Below are positions 63,237-64,000 of a DNA stretch of 64,000 nt, in pieces. The stretch's first letter is position 1. Each line of letters starts with the position of its first letter. The stretch is from Deltaproteobacteria bacterium (GTDB lineage Bacteria; Desulfobacterota_D; UBA1144; Nemesobacterales; CSP1-2): positions 448,001 to 512,000 of the forward strand of contig JBQTHB010000005.1 of NCBI GenBank assembly GCA_052390235.1. The letters run 5' to 3'. Both the position numbers and the translations under genes were made by a program. Under the pieces are notes generated by a model, which saw only the letters and a program-made list of their open reading frames with translations, was not told the DNA's origin and did no database searches.

Positions 63237-64000
63237 CTAGAAAAACTCCCGAAACCAGTTTCTCATTGTCTCAACCATCTTTTTTAATAGGCTCTCATCG
63301 CTTCCGCCGCGCGCCGATAATTTCTTATCCCCTCCCCTGAAAGCCATCCCATAGAGAATCAGCCCGACCCCCGTTGCATACACCGGGTTTGCGACTATGT
63401 CCCTAAGCCCGCCCACTTGGTGTGGAATCCCCTTTCTCACGGGCATTCCCAGAACTTTCTCAGCAAGCTCCACCATTCCGTCCATGATTACCGTGCCGCC
63501 CGTGATGACCGCCCCTGCCGGGATGAGCCTGTGGTAGCCGGATTTTGTAATTTCCCTCTTTACCATGCTTAGAATTTCCTCTACCCTCGGCTCGATAATC
63601 ATCGAAAGCTCTCGTCTGAGGACTTTTCGCGGATGCCTCCCGCCGACGCTTGCGACTTCAATTGTCTCCTCAGAGGAGACCATCTCTGGCATGGCTACAC
63701 CGTGTTTTTCTTTGATTCTCTTAGCCTCGGAGATGGATGTGGAAAGCCCTAGGGCGATGTCGCGGTCAATGTGGTCGCCTCCGAGCGTCAGATTCTCTGT
63801 AAATCTGATGCTCCCGCCGCCGAATATAGCGATGTCCGTCGTGCCGCCGCCGCAGTCAATAAGAACCACTCCTATGTCTTTCTCATCTTGCATAAGCACG
63901 GCTTCGCTCGAGGCTATCTGCTCAAGGACTACATCGGCTACTTCCATTCCTGCGCGGTGAATACATTTGACCAAATTCTGCGCCGCCGTAACCTGCCCTG
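63237..64000 (-). CDS. ftsA: Cell division protein FtsA (5' part outside the window)
   Basis: DCGGGTTD, ITGG, C-terminal amphipathic WFREFF; directly upstream of ftsZ. Confidence 0.95.
   Translation of the reverse strand, partial: GQVTAAQNLVKCIHRAGMEVADVVLEQIASSEAVLMQDEKDIGVVLIDCGGGTTDIAIFGGGSIRFTENLTLGGDHIDRDIALGLSTSISEAKRIKEKHGVAMPEMVSSEETIEVASVGGRHPRKVLRRELSMIIEPRVEEILSMVKREITKSGYHRLIPAGAVITGGTVIMDGMVELAEKVLGMPVRKGIPHQVGGLRDIVANPVYATGVGLILYGMAFRGGDKKLSARGGSDESLLKKMVETMRNWFREFF

Overview
Mostly ordinary GC-rich housekeeping DNA of a deltaproteobacteria-like organism (gene order and style suggest Desulfobacterota/Ca. Dadabacteria; inference): dapL, aroQ, recJ, five tRNAs, tig-clpP-clpX-lon, acyl-CoA carboxylase, oppA, two porins, uppP, uvrA, a pair of paralogous surface proteins, tgt-yajC-secD-secF, dapB, gltA, ftsA-ftsZ. 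The exception is a ~19 kb AT-rich island (~4.66-23.87 kb) inserted at the 3' end of tRNA-Leu (18-bp direct repeat). It has Bacteroidota-type expression signals and is built like an integron: co-oriented defence genes (GmrSD-like DUF262/DUF1524, SEFIR/TIR, Mrr, AvaI/BsoBI-type type II RM, an unknown nuclease-like gene, type I RM) separated by TAAC...GTTA hairpin repeats. The four intact repeats are each exactly 126 nt, and three cassettes have ends that complement only each other. The array lies downstream of a co-oriented XerD-like (not obviously IntI) recombinase remnant with an attI-like site and a Bacteroidota-type promoter. The island is decaying through frameshifts and deletions. Smaller signals: 21-nt in-frame hairpin insertions in hsdM and hsdR, heptamer-repeat-flanked four-helix-bundle genes, a decayed duplicate of the clpP 5' end, Pho-box-like 11-bp repeats and a candidate structured RNA. 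All calls are by eye; no searches were run.
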